Shown: piece by piece, positions 41,382 to 51,769 of the stretch | Numbering within the stretch: the stretch's first letter is position 1 | Layout: each line of letters begins with the position of its first letter | From: an uncultured Pelagibacteraceae bacterium | GTDB taxonomy: Bacteria > Pseudomonadota > Alphaproteobacteria > Pelagibacterales > Pelagibacteraceae | Length of the DNA: 64,000 nt | Direction: 5' to 3' | Assembly: GCA_902592275.1 (NCBI GenBank) | Contig: CACJDW010000001.1 | Coordinates: 47,175-111,174 of the forward strand | The notes under the pieces: model-generated | Seen by the model: the letters and a program-made list of their open reading frames with translations, nothing else | What the model was told of the DNA's origin: nothing | Databases searched by the model: none | Translations under genes and position numbers: made by a program

Positions 41382-41579
41382 TTATTTACTATTATATACC
41401 TCGTAAACTTTTTCTCTTTCACTTTTGTTCATTCCCTTGGTTTCTTCTATAAACTTATTTCTTAATTCTCTTGTTTTTAATATGAAGAAACAAACAGTAT
41501 CTTTGCTATGGTAAACTGCTTTTAATTCATCATCTATTTCGTTTAACTCTTTTGGAATATCGGCTTTAATACAAATCAT
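41382..41579 (-). CDS. Small hypothetical protein
   Basis: 65-aa ATG ORF, tightly packed and co-oriented with the downstream genes. Confidence 0.6.
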   Translation of the reverse strand: MICIKADIPKELNEIDDELKAVYHSKDTVCFFILKTRELRNKFIEETKGMNKSEREKVYEVYNSK

Positions 41580-41622
41580 AAATTTCTTTTATAAATTACT
41601 TTAAGACTACTTATTGTAAAAG

Positions 41623-41631
41623 TTATCCACA
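41623..41631 (+). promoter_or_regulatory. Perfect DnaA box
   Basis: TTATCCACA in the divergent intergenic region. Confidence 0.4.
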
Positions 41632-41739
41632 TGTCCACCAAATGTTGTTTTGGATGTTCACGTTTTGATTCACTTTTGATTCAGTTACAGACTCAAAATA
41701 CAACCTCTTGAGTGTATTGTATAAATGGTCTATAAAGTA

Positions 41740-41754
41740 GAACAAAACAAGAAC
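41740..41754 (+). promoter_or_regulatory. LexA (SOS) box abutting the umuD start
   Basis: GAAC-AAAACAA-GAAC = perfect GAAC-N7-GAAC alphaproteobacterial LexA site directly before ATG 41755. Confidence 0.82.
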
Positions 41755-42150
41755 ATGAAACTAACAATCCCTTATTATCTACATAAAGCAGGCGCTGGCT
41801 TTCCTTCCCCTGCTACTGATTATATCGAAGAAGATATTGATCTGAACATGCATTTAATAAGAAATGTTCCAGCAACTTTCATCATCAGAGTTCAAGGTAA
41901 ATCCATGGTCGACGTTGGAATTAATGATGGTGACTTATTGGTGGTGGATAAAAGTTTAAAACCAAAAAACTTTTCAACGGTGATTGCTAATGTTCATGAT
42001 GAACTTGTAGTTAAAACTTTAGTTCAAGAACGAGATAAAAAATTTTTAACTTCTGGATCTAAAGAATTTTCTGACAGAATTTTAATTAATGAAGAACAAG
42101 ATATTTTTATTTGGGGGGTTGTTACTTATGTCATCCATTCAACGTACTAA
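41755..42150 (+). CDS. umuD: DNA polymerase V subunit UmuD (S24 peptidase)
   Basis: AGFPSPA cleavage region, GKSM catalytic Ser, VVK catalytic Lys; no DNA-binding HTH. Confidence 0.9.
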   Translation: MKLTIPYYLHKAGAGFPSPATDYIEEDIDLNMHLIRNVPATFIIRVQGKSMVDVGINDGDLLVVDKSLKPKNFSTVIANVHDELVVKTLVQERDKKFLTSGSKEFSDRILINEEQDIFIWGVVTYVIHSTY

Positions 42151-43405
42151 AAAAATAGCATTAATTGATTGTAATTCTTTTTATGTCTCATGTGAAAGAT
42201 TATTTAATCCAAAAATAAGAAGAAAACCTGTTGTCGTTTTATCTAATAATGATGGCTGTATCATCTCAAGATCAAATGAAGCAAAAGCTTTAGGGATTAA
42301 AATGGGTGAGCCTTACTTTAAAGCAAAGGATATTATTCTTAAAAATAAAGTCGAAGTATTTTCTTCAAACTATTCTTTATACGGAGATTTATCGAGAAGA
42401 GTGATGCGAACTCTTAAAAGATTTAATTCAGAAATAGAAGTTTACTCTATTGATGAAGCTTTTTTAGATTTATCAAACTTTCCTGATAGTGAAGTAGAAA
42501 AAGTTGGAAAAGAAATTAGAGAAACAGTTTTACAATGGACTGGTATTCCAACCAGTATTGGAATAGCCAATACAAAAACTTTAAGTAAGATTGCAAACCA
42601 TATTGCTAAGAAAAAACAATCAGGGGTGACAAGTTTAATTGGTATTGAAAACTTAGATCCTATTTTAGAAAAAGTTGAAATTAATGATGTTTGGGGTGTT
42701 GGTAGACAATTAACCAAATTTTATCAAAAGCATGGAATTTACAATGCTAAACAACTTAAGAATAAATCTAATACCTGGATCAAAAAATCTTCTAATGTTC
42801 TAAGTTCAAGAACCGCAATGGAGCTTAGAGGAGTTTCTTGTATTGGATTAGAGACAACTACTACTAAAAGAAAGAGCTGTGTAGTTTCAAGATCATTTGG
42901 AAAAAGAATTGAAACTTTTCAAGAATTAAAAGAAGCGGTTGCTAACTATTGTTTAAACGCATCTGAAAAAATTAGATCAGAATCTTTAGTTGCAAAAGCA
43001 ATTACTGTATTTGTTAGAACGAGTCCTTTTCAAAGAAACTTTGGTTACTATTCAAATGCGAAGACAGTTGATTTTCCAATTGCAACAAACAATAGTATTG
43101 AAACAGTTAAGACAGCAGTCTCAATTTTGGAAAGTATATTTAAAAATGGTTACCGTTATCAAAAAGCAGGTGTGATGCTTGCAGGACTTTCTAATGCAAG
43201 TGACAAAACAAATTTATTTACTTCTGAAAAAGATGAAAAAATAAATAGCTTAATGAGATCAATTGATAATACTAATCATCGATACGGAAGATCTACCTTG
43301 AGTGTTGCAAGTGCAGGCGTTCATAAGAAATGGAATATGCGAAGACAGTATTCTTCTAAAATTGATACAGCTGATTTCTATTGCTTGCCAACAATTAGAG
43401 CATAG
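42128..43405 (+). CDS. umuC: DNA polymerase V catalytic subunit UmuC (Y family)
   Basis: [52 protein letters not shown]. Confidence 0.92.
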   Translation: MSSIQRTKKIALIDCNSFYVSCERLFNPKIRRKPVVVLSNNDGCIISRSNEAKALGIKMGEPYFKAKDIILKNKVEVFSSNYSLYGDLSRRVMRTLKRFNSEIEVYSIDEAFLDLSNFPDSEVEKVGKEIRETVLQWTGIPTSIGIANTKTLSKIANHIAKKKQSGVTSLIGIENLDPILEKVEINDVWGVGRQLTKFYQKHGIYNAKQLKNKSNTWIKKSSNVLSSRTAMELRGVSCIGLETTTTKRKSCVVSRSFGKRIETFQELKEAVANYCLNASEKIRSESLVAKAITVFVRTSPFQRNFGYYSNAKTVDFPIATNNSIETVKTAVSILESIFKNGYRYQKAGVMLAGLSNASDKTNLFTSEKDEKINSLMRSIDNTNHRYGRSTLSVASAGVHKKWNMRRQYSSKIDTADFYCLPTIRA

Positions 43406-43414
43406 ATCAAAACT

Positions 43415-44026
43415 CTATAGTCCACCTGATGAAAATAAGAATTTAGCAACATCTTCAACACCAATTTGCTTTTTCATCTGGCAAAAAACATAAGGTAAGC
43501 CATTTCGGGCCTTTTTTACGTCTTCTTTCATGGTTTCGAGATTAACTTCTACATGAGGAGCTAAATCAGTCTTATTGATAATTAACAAGTCTGACTTTTG
43601 AATAGCAGGACCACCTTTTCTAGGGATATCTCCACCCATTCCAACATCAATAACATAAATAGATAGATCGACTAGTTCTGGACTAAAAGTTGCTGCTAAA
43701 TTGTCTCCACCAGATTCGATTAAAATCAAGTCAAGATCAGGAAATTTTTTTTTCATATTTTCTACAGCAAGCATATTAATTGAAGCATCTTCACGAATTG
43801 CCGTATGTGGACATCCTCCTGTTTCAACTCCTTTAATTCTCTCTAAAGGTAAGGCTTGGACTTTCATTAAAAATTCTGCATCTTCTTTTGTATAAATATC
43901 ATTTGATATTACAGCCATAGAAATTTTCTTTGATAAAAATTTACACAATTCAGCTGTTAAACTTGTCTTCCCTGCACCAACGGGTCCACCTATTCCAACT
44001 TTTAATGGTCCATTTATATTTTTCAT
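43415..44026 (-). CDS. ureG: Urease accessory GTPase
   Basis: [27 protein letters not shown]. Confidence 0.96.
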   Translation of the reverse strand: MKNINGPLKVGIGGPVGAGKTSLTAELCKFLSKKISMAVISNDIYTKEDAEFLMKVQALPLERIKGVETGGCPHTAIREDASINMLAVENMKKKFPDLDLILIESGGDNLAATFSPELVDLSIYVIDVGMGGDIPRKGGPAIQKSDLLIINKTDLAPHVEVNLETMKEDVKKARNGLPYVFCQMKKQIGVEDVAKFLFSSGGL

Positions 44027-44707
44027 GTCTTATAAATTCGCGTTTTCAGATTTTCATGCTTAATACTGTAGATATCACTATTAAAACAAATTCCACCTAA
44101 ATCTTCTAAATTTAAATTTTGATTTTCTTTTTCTATTTCTCTTATTAATTCGTAAGTTTTAATTATACAATCCTGTCCAATTTTTTGCCCAATTGGTATA
44201 TGTTTAATGCAAACATTTATTAGATTTGATACAAAGGATTGTAGATAAGATACTATTGTTAAGTTAAGTGGTATATCAAAATGTTTAGCTGCTTTAGCAA
44301 CTGCAATTGGATAAGCAGTATTTTCAAGAATTTTAAAATCCCAACTATCAGCTAACACTTTTCTAAAAGCATTACCCATTTCAATAGACTCAATTTTTCT
44401 TTCTTTCTTTGGATGGACAAAGAGATAAGGCCAGTTCATTTAACTCTTCTCCCTGATAGGTATATTTCATTAAAATTATATCATTTCTACCAGTTCCATA
44501 TTTTAAGATACATTTTAAATAATCCAAAATATCTTCTTTTGACTTAATTAAATTATCATTAATCATCGCTTCTAAACCATGAGAATATGAAAAACTTCCA
44601 ATAGGAAATGATGGTGAAAACCAAGTTTGAAGAATTTGCAAAGACTCTTTCAAATCTTTTTTATTTTTTAATTTAGTGTTTATGGCTATGGGTTCTACCA
44701 ATTCCAT
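44023..44707 (-). pseudogene. ureF: Urease accessory protein UreF, frameshifted
   Basis: N-part (SPSFPIGSFSYSHGLE) and C-part (IPIGQ, HE..RIYKT) are in different frames; removing one AAAG of the (AAAG)3 at 44399-44410 restores CPSKERKIESIEMG. Confidence 0.85.
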
Positions 44708-45116
44708 ATGCTCCTCCCTCTGGTTTAAAAGGTCTTAAAACTTTCTTAACCTTTCCACCTAATTTTAATATCATTTTTTTTATTACTTCATCATACTGTA
44801 TAAAAATTCTATCTTTTTCAATTTGACATGGCATATGCCTATTTCCAATATGCCAAATAAGTTGCATTAAATTTTTTCCTTTTATTTCTAATAAACTTTC
44901 CTTTTTGTTTTTTATTAAAATCAAATTTCCACTTTGAAGCCTAAACGCTTGATTTTCTGAAAGTGATTTTGTCTCTGGTAAATTTACTAAAAATTCAAAA
45001 CCATTGTCTGAAACAAGTTTTTTTCTTCTTAAAAATCGCTCATCATAAGATAAAGATATGTGATCTTTTGCTTTATTTTTGGCAATTTTATTAACTATTA
45101 AAAAACAATTATCCAT
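44673..45116 (-). CDS. ureE: Urease accessory Ni chaperone
   Basis: L.YDER..RR, WHIGNRH, FKPEGGAYG, short His tail. Confidence 0.92.
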   Translation of the reverse strand: MDNCFLIVNKIAKNKAKDHISLSYDERFLRRKKLVSDNGFEFLVNLPETKSLSENQAFRLQSGNLILIKNKKESLLEIKGKNLMQLIWHIGNRHMPCQIEKDRIFIQYDEVIKKMILKLGGKVKKVLRPFKPEGGAYGIGRTHSHKH

Positions 45117-45119
45117 AAG

Positions 45120-46827
45120 CTAAAACATAAAATATCTTTGTGCCAAAGGGAGTTCTTTAGCTGGTTCACAGGTAATTATCTCACCATCAGCCTTTACTTC
45201 ATAAGTTTCAGGATTAACTTCAATCTTTGGACACTTATTGTTTAAAATCATATCCTTTTTAGAAATGGCTCTTGTGTTTTCTACAGGTAATAAGTTTTTT
45301 TCTAATACTTGCATCTTTTAAAGAATTTTTTTCAAGAGCTAGTTTGCTTGTGAAAATTACTGAGGATTTCTCTAAAGAAGTTCCAAATGATGAAAACATT
45401 GGTCTAGTGTATACTGGTTGCGGAGTTGGAATTGATGCATTTGGGTCTCCCATTTGTGCACAGGCTATACTTCCTCCTATTAGTATCATTTCTGGCTTTG
45501 CACCAAAAAATGCTGGGTCCCATAAAACTAAATCTGCACGTTTATTTTTTTCAATACTTCCAATATGTTTTGAAATCCCATGAGCAATTGCAGGATTAAT
45601 TGTATATTTTGCTAAATATCTTTTAACTCTAAAGTTATCATTGTCTCCTTTTTCCTCTGGTAAACTTCCTCTTTGAACTTTCATTTTATGTGCTGTTTGC
45701 CAAGTTCTAATTATAACTTCTCCAACTCTACCCATAGCCTGACTATCTGAAGCAATAATTGAAAAAGCACCCATATCATGAAGAATATCTTCTGCTGCGA
45801 TTGTTTCTCTTCTTATTCTACTTTCTGCAAATGCTACATCCTCTGGAATAGATTTATCAAGATGGTGACAAACCATTAGCATATCTAAATGTTCTTCTAT
45901 TGTATTAACCGTATATGGTCTGGTTGGATTTGTTGAGGAAGGAATAACATACTCTTCTCCACAAACTTTAATTATATCTGGTGCATGTCCACCGCCAGCA
46001 CCTTCTGTATGAAAAGCATGAATGGTTCTTTTGTTAATTACTTTGATAGTATTTTCTACAAACCCACTTTCATTTAAAGTGTCTGTATGAATCATTACTT
46101 GCACATCGTTTTTGTCAGCAATATTTAAACAATTATCAATTGCTCCAGGAGTGGTTCCCCAATCCTCATGTAATTTTAAAGCTGAAGCTCCTGCTAGAAT
46201 TTGTTCTTCAAGACCTTCTGGTAATGAAGAATTTCCTTTCCCAGCAAAAGCTAAATTCATAGAAAAACCATCGGCAGATTGAATCATTCTTTGTATGTGC
46301 CATGGTCCGGGTGTACACGTTGTTGCAAGTGTTCCATGAGCAGGCCCAGTCCCTCCTCCTAGCATAGTTGTGATACCTGAGTGCAATGCATCATCAATTT
46401 GTTGGGGACATATATAATGAATATGACTATCAAAACCTCCTGCTGTTAAAATTTTTCCTTCACCTGCAATAATCTCTGTTCCTGGACCAATAATTATATT
46501 TACTTTAGATTGAGTGTCGGGATTACCAGCTTTACCAATTTCAAATATTTTTCCGTCCTTTAAACCAACATCAGCTTTATAAATTCCATTTACATCAACT
46601 ATTAAAGCGTTGGTAATAACTGTATCTGCAGCTCCTTTTTTTCTACTAATTTGAGATTGACCCATCCCATCTCTAATTACTTTTCCACCACCAAACTTTA
46701 CCTCTTCACCATAAGTTGTTAGATCGTTTTCAACCTCAATAATTAATTCAGTATCTGCGAGCCTTACTTTGTCTCCTGTTGTAGGCCCATACATATCCGC
46801 ATAAGCTGCTCTAGAAATTTTAGCCAT
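45120..46827 (-). pseudogene. ureC: Urease alpha subunit, frameshifted near the 3' end
   Basis: [40 protein letters not shown] are intact; one extra A in the A7 run (plus strand T 45295-45301) moves the last ~58 codons (NLLPVENTR...[10 protein letters not shown]) out of frame. Confidence 0.88.
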
Positions 46828-47133
46828 TATAAATTACCCATAACTTTCTTATTGAACCCGTATATTTTTTTTGATCCATTAATTTCTATAAGCTCAACAT
46901 CTTTAGATTGACCTGGCTCAAATCTTACAGCAGTTCCTGAAGGAATATTTAATCTCTTTCCATATGCTAATTCTCGATCAAAAACTAAATACTCATTTGT
47001 TTCAAAAAAATGATAATGGCTTCCTACTTGCACAGGTCTATCTCCGGAATTTGAAATTTTTATCTTAGTAACTTTGGAGTCTTTATTTAGGTCGATTTCC
47101 TCTTTTTTTTGTAATTACTTCACCTGGCTTCAT
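46827..47133 (-). pseudogene. ureB: Urease beta subunit, frameshifted near the 5' end
   Basis: ATG at 47133 gives MKPGEVIT; the A8 run (plus strand T 47103-47110) is one base too long and causes an early stop; A7 restores ...EEIDLN...[15 protein letters not shown]. Confidence 0.88.
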
Positions 47134-47141
47134 AATAATTA

Positions 47142-47444
47142 TCACCTAATAGGTTTGTGCACTGTTACTAATTTAGTTCCATCAGGAAAAGTAGCCTCTA
47201 CTTGAACTTCCTTAACCATTTCTGGAATGCCTTCCATACAATCCTTTTTTTTAATAACATGAGCTCCTGCCTCCATCAGTTCTGCAACACTTTTACCTTC
47301 TCTAGCTCCCTCTACTACAAAATCTGTTATTAAAGCTATTGCTTCTGGATAATTTAATTTTATACCTTTTGATAGTCTGTTTTTAGCAACAATTGCTGCA
47401 AGACTTATTAGAAGTTTATCTTTTTCTCTAGGAGTTAGTTTCAT
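47142..47444 (-). CDS. ureA: Urease gamma subunit
   Basis: [31 protein letters not shown]. Confidence 0.97.
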   Translation of the reverse strand: MKLTPREKDKLLISLAAIVAKNRLSKGIKLNYPEAIALITDFVVEGAREGKSVAELMEAGAHVIKKKDCMEGIPEMVKEVQVEATFPDGTKLVTVHKPIR

Positions 47445-48254
47445 TTATATATTCCATATTTTAGGTATTTTTGAACCTTCAAAAAAATAAGTCAAAATTT
47501 TATCAATTGCAAATTTAAGATTATAACTATCTTTAGATAAAAGCCTTACGATCAATTTGTTATCCCATTGAGAAAAATTGGAAGTTGTAATTTCATTGTT
47601 TGTTAGAGTTTCAGATAGATTATTCACATTATTTAAAAATTTATTTCCTACAATAATAATTGTCGCAACTGCAGAATTATTATTTAATGTTGAGAAACTA
47701 TTCAAATATTTTTTCTCAAATAAATTTGTATTTATTGCTTCTGTATGAATTAGTTTATTATCTATATTAATGTTCCAAAAATCTGAAAAATAACCTTTTT
47801 CAAATACCTCATTCATGGAAGTTCGTCCAAAAATAATATTTTCACAAAGTAGTAAATTTGAATCTTTAGATAAATTAAAATTAATTTTTCGTTTTAAGTT
47901 ACAATTATTAAATAAAATTAATTCTTTAGGTAACCAAAACAAATTAGAATTGTTTAATAAATTTAAATTAATTTCTAAATTGGCTGGATTACCAAACCCA
48001 CTATAAATTTTTTCTGCCGCCTGTGTTGAAATACAAAGATCCGAACTATCAATTTCAAATTCGTAGTCGTATTCATCTCCAGAAGTAATTCCACCAGCAG
48101 TATTGATAAGCATCAATTGTTTTAAATTTTCATGAAAATCTGGCATCAAAGCTTTTAAAGATCCTTGTTGATAAAATTTTTTTAAATTTTGATCTTTTAT
48201 TTTTATTTCTAATCTGCCTTTAGATTTTTCTAATTTTTTTTGACTTATATTCAT
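47445..48254 (-). CDS. ureD: Urease accessory protein UreD
   Basis: INTAGGITSGD, STQAAEKIY, WLP.E.I.F, FGR, P.IW. Confidence 0.9.
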   Translation of the reverse strand: MNISQKKLEKSKGRLEIKIKDQNLKKFYQQGSLKALMPDFHENLKQLMLINTAGGITSGDEYDYEFEIDSSDLCISTQAAEKIYSGFGNPANLEINLNLLNNSNLFWLPKELILFNNCNLKRKINFNLSKDSNLLLCENIIFGRTSMNEVFEKGYFSDFWNINIDNKLIHTEAINTNLFEKKYLNSFSTLNNNSAVATIIIVGNKFLNNVNNLSETLTNNEITTSNFSQWDNKLIVRLLSKDSYNLKFAIDKILTYFFEGSKIPKIWNI

Positions 48255-48311
48255 GACATCATCCTAGCACAAAAAAAACCTATTTATAGTTTTCCAATTT
48301 TAATAGCTAAA

Positions 48312-49463
48312 TTAAACTTTAAAAAGTTTATCAGATAAATTTGGTAGATTTTCTCCCCAGAAAACTTCTTTAGTAATTTTCTTAAAATCTACATCAAAAA
48401 CTGTAGACATTGCTGAAGCATAAATCGCTCTGGAGTCTATTGTAGAATTTAAGTCTCTTCCTTCAAATAATTCCTTTTTCTTTAATCCTGGCCAATCCGT
48501 GTGAACTTGTGCTTTTTTAACAAGTCCTCCTACCATTAGAATGGCTGAACCATAACCATGCTCTGTTCCATTGCTACTGTTCTGCTTAATTGTTCTTCCA
48601 AACTCTGTGAGTGTTAAAACTAAAGTATTATTAAATGCCTCTTCAGACATTGAAGATTTTAAAGATCTAACAATATTGTCATAATCTGATAGGCAATCTG
48701 CATGAGCTCCATCTGTTGCTCCTTGAGCTGCATGCGTATCAAAACCATCCACTTCAAAAACTGCAACTTTTGGACCATTAGGTTTTGATAGCTCAGTACC
48801 AGCACTCGAAGCTAAAATCCAAGCATCATCTCTTGATCTATTATTAAAATCTCTTGTTAAAATTATTTCTAAATTATCACTTAATAATTTTTCATCGTAC
48901 TCTTTGTATGCTTGTTTTATTAATTCTAGAGTAGCAGGATATGGCAAGCTACGACCGACAGGAAAATAATTATTGTTCATTGGAACACCTCTAATTAATA
49001 AAGGCATTGGTAACGCTAAAGCTAATCCTTGCCCTGTTAACCCAGCTGTTTTCATTCCTCTTCCAAGCCAACCAGTTTTTTCTTGGTAAGGTATTTTACC
49101 ACCTGACTCCATTAAATTTTGGCCATCAAAATGTGATCTACCTGTGTAAGGGATATTTGTTGCATGGACAGCTGCACTTAAGTTTTGATCCCAAAGACTT
49201 TTGAATGTTTTTAATGCTGGATGTAAATCAAAATCTGTCGTTAATTTTAAAGTTCTATCAAGATTGATTTTACTTCTCAATTTCTCAAAATTTTTGTCAC
49301 CTTTAACTGGAATAGCACATAGACCATCCATTCCTCCACGTAACATTATTATTACCAAATTTTTCTTTTTGCCTGAATTTGCATAACTATGAGCACTGAA
49401 ACCAGCAAAATATAGCGAGGTTAAAGCTGTAGTTTTTAAAAAATCTCTTCTTGATATCTTCAT
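48312..49463 (-). CDS. DUF1501 family protein with Tat signal
   Basis: SRRDFLK twin-arginine signal; LRGGMDGL, LHP, RSHFDGQ, GWLGR, FDTH, EFGRT, GTEHG. Confidence 0.8.
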   Translation of the reverse strand: MKISRRDFLKTTALTSLYFAGFSAHSYANSGKKKNLVIIMLRGGMDGLCAIPVKGDKNFEKLRSKINLDRTLKLTTDFDLHPALKTFKSLWDQNLSAAVHATNIPYTGRSHFDGQNLMESGGKIPYQEKTGWLGRGMKTAGLTGQGLALALPMPLLIRGVPMNNNYFPVGRSLPYPATLELIKQAYKEYDEKLLSDNLEIILTRDFNNRSRDDAWILASSAGTELSKPNGPKVAVFEVDGFDTHAAQGATDGAHADCLSDYDNIVRSLKSSMSEEAFNNTLVLTLTEFGRTIKQNSSNGTEHGYGSAILMVGGLVKKAQVHTDWPGLKKKELFEGRDLNSTIDSRAIYASAMSTVFDVDFKKITKEVFWGENLPNLSDKLFKV

Positions 49464-50896
49464 GCTTTTAAAAACTCCGGGTGGTTAAAAAGTAAAGTAT
49501 GTTTTTCAACAGCTCTATTTTTTTGGTTTATATATTTCATTATTTTACTTGGATTATCAAAATTTTTTTCAACAATACTTTCATAATATGCAGCATTTTT
49601 ATTATTTTCCATTTTAGAAAAATTATAACTTGCTTTAGCATATACAAGTCTTCTGATTAATAACTCTGGCGAAATCCAATCATCGGAATGGTCTGACCAA
49701 CCATTTGGTTGTTTTGCTCTATATGGATGGTGACCAATATTTTGTAAAATCCACTCTGGTTCTCGTTGAGAATCAAAAGGTCTCTGACCAAGCTCATACT
49801 TATCCATTAGTTCAGGTGATGGTGGCCAATTTAGATCTGCGATTTTAGCAACTTGAATAAGCCAATTCTCAGGTGTCTGAAATTTTTTATATTTATCGTT
49901 ATAATCAAATGCCACCTTTATTGCTGCTTTGTGTATCTCTGGTAAATGTCCATCAGATTTTTTGAAAGCATCTATAATAGGTTGTTTCATATCTTTTGTA
50001 GGTTCATCTGTGATTAAATATCTACAAAGTCTTTCAGCAACAAAATCTCTGCAATTAGGATGATTTACCAGATCCTTGATCACAGCTGCTAAAGCTTTTT
50101 TTCCTCTCTTATATTCTTTTCCTAAAACAGTTTTTTTTCCTCTTTGATGATACTCAGAATTAAACCAAACATTCCCTGTTTCTAAATTTTGTTTGCTCCA
50201 TCTATGTTGCCAACCTGTCATAATATATGCTAATTGAATAACATCTTCTTGAGTGTATCCAGCTTTCGGTGAAACTGTATGTAATTCTAAGAGCTCTCTT
50301 CCGTGATTTTCGTTAATTGTTGCAGGTTCTTTTTTTCTACGTCTCCACTCTTCACCAGCAGTAACACTCTTTGGTCCAGCACTTTCGCTATTATCTAAAT
50401 GATGGATCATTGCCCAAGAAGTCGTTACATCATAAACCATTTTTTCAAATGATTGATTTAAATTTGGTCGAATAATTTCTCTTTGATATGCGCCTGTTGA
50501 ATAATTTGCTAAAAAATCTTTTTCGCTAATTGCAAAAAAATTTCCCCAAAACATCCAGAGTTTCGCTAATACAGGATGGTTACTATTGATACCTTCATTA
50601 TGTCTGATTGATATTTCTAGTGACTCCCAAAATTTTTGACCAGTCTTGTGTCTTAAAATATCTTTGTGTGTTTTATAAAGAGTTTTATTGTCTTTATATT
50701 TTTTTCTTAAAACTTTTCTATCGCCATAAACCCAATCTCTATAATGTTTTCTAAGTTCTTTTTCGGAGTATATTTTTCCTTTCCACGAAAAGTCTGGAAT
50801 TTCATCAACTTGATTGAGTGCCCAATTTAATGGATCTGATGGAACTTCCTCGTTAGGGCTAATACCAAATGCAACTTTTCTAAAAAAGTTTTTCAT
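49460..50896 (-). CDS. DUF1800 family protein
   Basis: FW.N.F, LDN, NENHGRELLELHT, YTQEDV, MTGW, PNGW; canonical partner of DUF1501. Confidence 0.8.
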   Translation of the reverse strand: MKNFFRKVAFGISPNEEVPSDPLNWALNQVDEIPDFSWKGKIYSEKELRKHYRDWVYGDRKVLRKKYKDNKTLYKTHKDILRHKTGQKFWESLEISIRHNEGINSNHPVLAKLWMFWGNFFAISEKDFLANYSTGAYQREIIRPNLNQSFEKMVYDVTTSWAMIHHLDNSESAGPKSVTAGEEWRRRKKEPATINENHGRELLELHTVSPKAGYTQEDVIQLAYIMTGWQHRWSKQNLETGNVWFNSEYHQRGKKTVLGKEYKRGKKALAAVIKDLVNHPNCRDFVAERLCRYLITDEPTKDMKQPIIDAFKKSDGHLPEIHKAAIKVAFDYNDKYKKFQTPENWLIQVAKIADLNWPPSPELMDKYELGQRPFDSQREPEWILQNIGHHPYRAKQPNGWSDHSDDWISPELLIRRLVYAKASYNFSKMENNKNAAYYESIVEKNFDNPSKIMKYINQKNRAVEKHTLLFNHPEFLKA

Positions 50897-50899
50897 AAT

Positions 50900-51769
50900 T
50901 TATTTAATCTTATCAATATCGTGAATATTTGTTAAACAATTATTAAATTCTTCAATATTTTCTCTCAAAGCTAAACTAGAAATTGAATAAATCATTATTA
51001 ACAAGAAAACTAAAGGTAACGATGTAATTACCGATGCATAACTTTTAATAAGTAAAATATAAAAAATTATAAATAAAGCTGACCGAATAAGAACAGTTTT
51101 TCTGAATACACTAATTATTGAAAGTGAATGTTTTAACAAATTAAAGAAGCTCATTTGAGATGGTCCAAAATATCTTTTGCCTCTTATGGATGGAATAGAA
51201 ATTAAATCTTTTTCTATTTTTTTTAATGAGCCAGAAAAACTATTCCAGGTAGCCTTTTCATCTAAGAGTTTTTTTACAGTTGATTTTGACAAACAAGTAA
51301 AGTTGCCAAATTTAATTGATTTTCCTGTAAATGCTAAAGTTAAGAACTTGTGAAATTTATAACACAATTGAAAAAATAAACCTTCAGATCTCCTAACTCT
51401 TTCTCCAATAATTGACTTTTCGCCTGATTGTTCAGAAAGTTGAATAAAATTTTTAATTTCTTCAGGTCTATCTTCTCCATCACCATCCATTGGAATTACA
51501 AAATCAAAATCTTTCTTTTCAAATATATACTTTAAGCCAGAAGCAATACATCTTGCATGGCCTCTATTTTCTTTCATATTTATTATTTCTATAGAGCTAA
51601 TATTTTCTGTATTTAGATAAGTATCAATTATCTGTTGGGATGACGCATCATTTATAACCACTAATGAAATATCATGATTTAAATTATTTATTTCATTGTT
51701 AATATTCTCAATCAGAAGTTTTAATGACTCTCTATCATTATAAATTGGAATTAATATTACATATTTCAT
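50900..51769 (-). CDS. Glycosyltransferase family 2 (GtrB/ArnC-like)
   Basis: IPIYND, INDAS, NRGH, MDGDGED.PE, C-terminal TM segments. Confidence 0.85.
   Translation of the reverse strand: MKYVILIPIYNDRESLKLLIENINNEINNLNHDISLVVINDASSQQIIDTYLNTENISSIEIINMKENRGHARCIASGLKYIFEKKDFDFVIPMDGDGEDRPEEIKNFIQLSEQSGEKSIIGERVRRSEGLFFQLCYKFHKFLTLAFTGKSIKFGNFTCLSKSTVKKLLDEKATWNSFSGSLKKIEKDLISIPSIRGKRYFGPSQMSFFNLLKHSLSIISVFRKTVLIRSALFIIFYILLIKSYASVITSLPLVFLLIMIYSISSLALRENIEEFNNCLTNIHDIDKIK

Noticed and set aside
41623-41694. Replication origin
   Set aside because: Only one perfect DnaA box, no change in dominant gene orientation across the site, and no typical origin-linked genes nearby
41725-41754. Longer umuD N-terminus from the ORF track (ATG 41725)
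   Set aside because: The extension is the LexA box region; ATG 41755 gives a typical UmuD length
45120-45314. Separate 64-aa gene after ureC (and the separate 68-aa and 138-aa ORFs in ureB and ureF)
   Set aside because: These are out-of-frame halves of ureC, ureB and ureF, not independent genes
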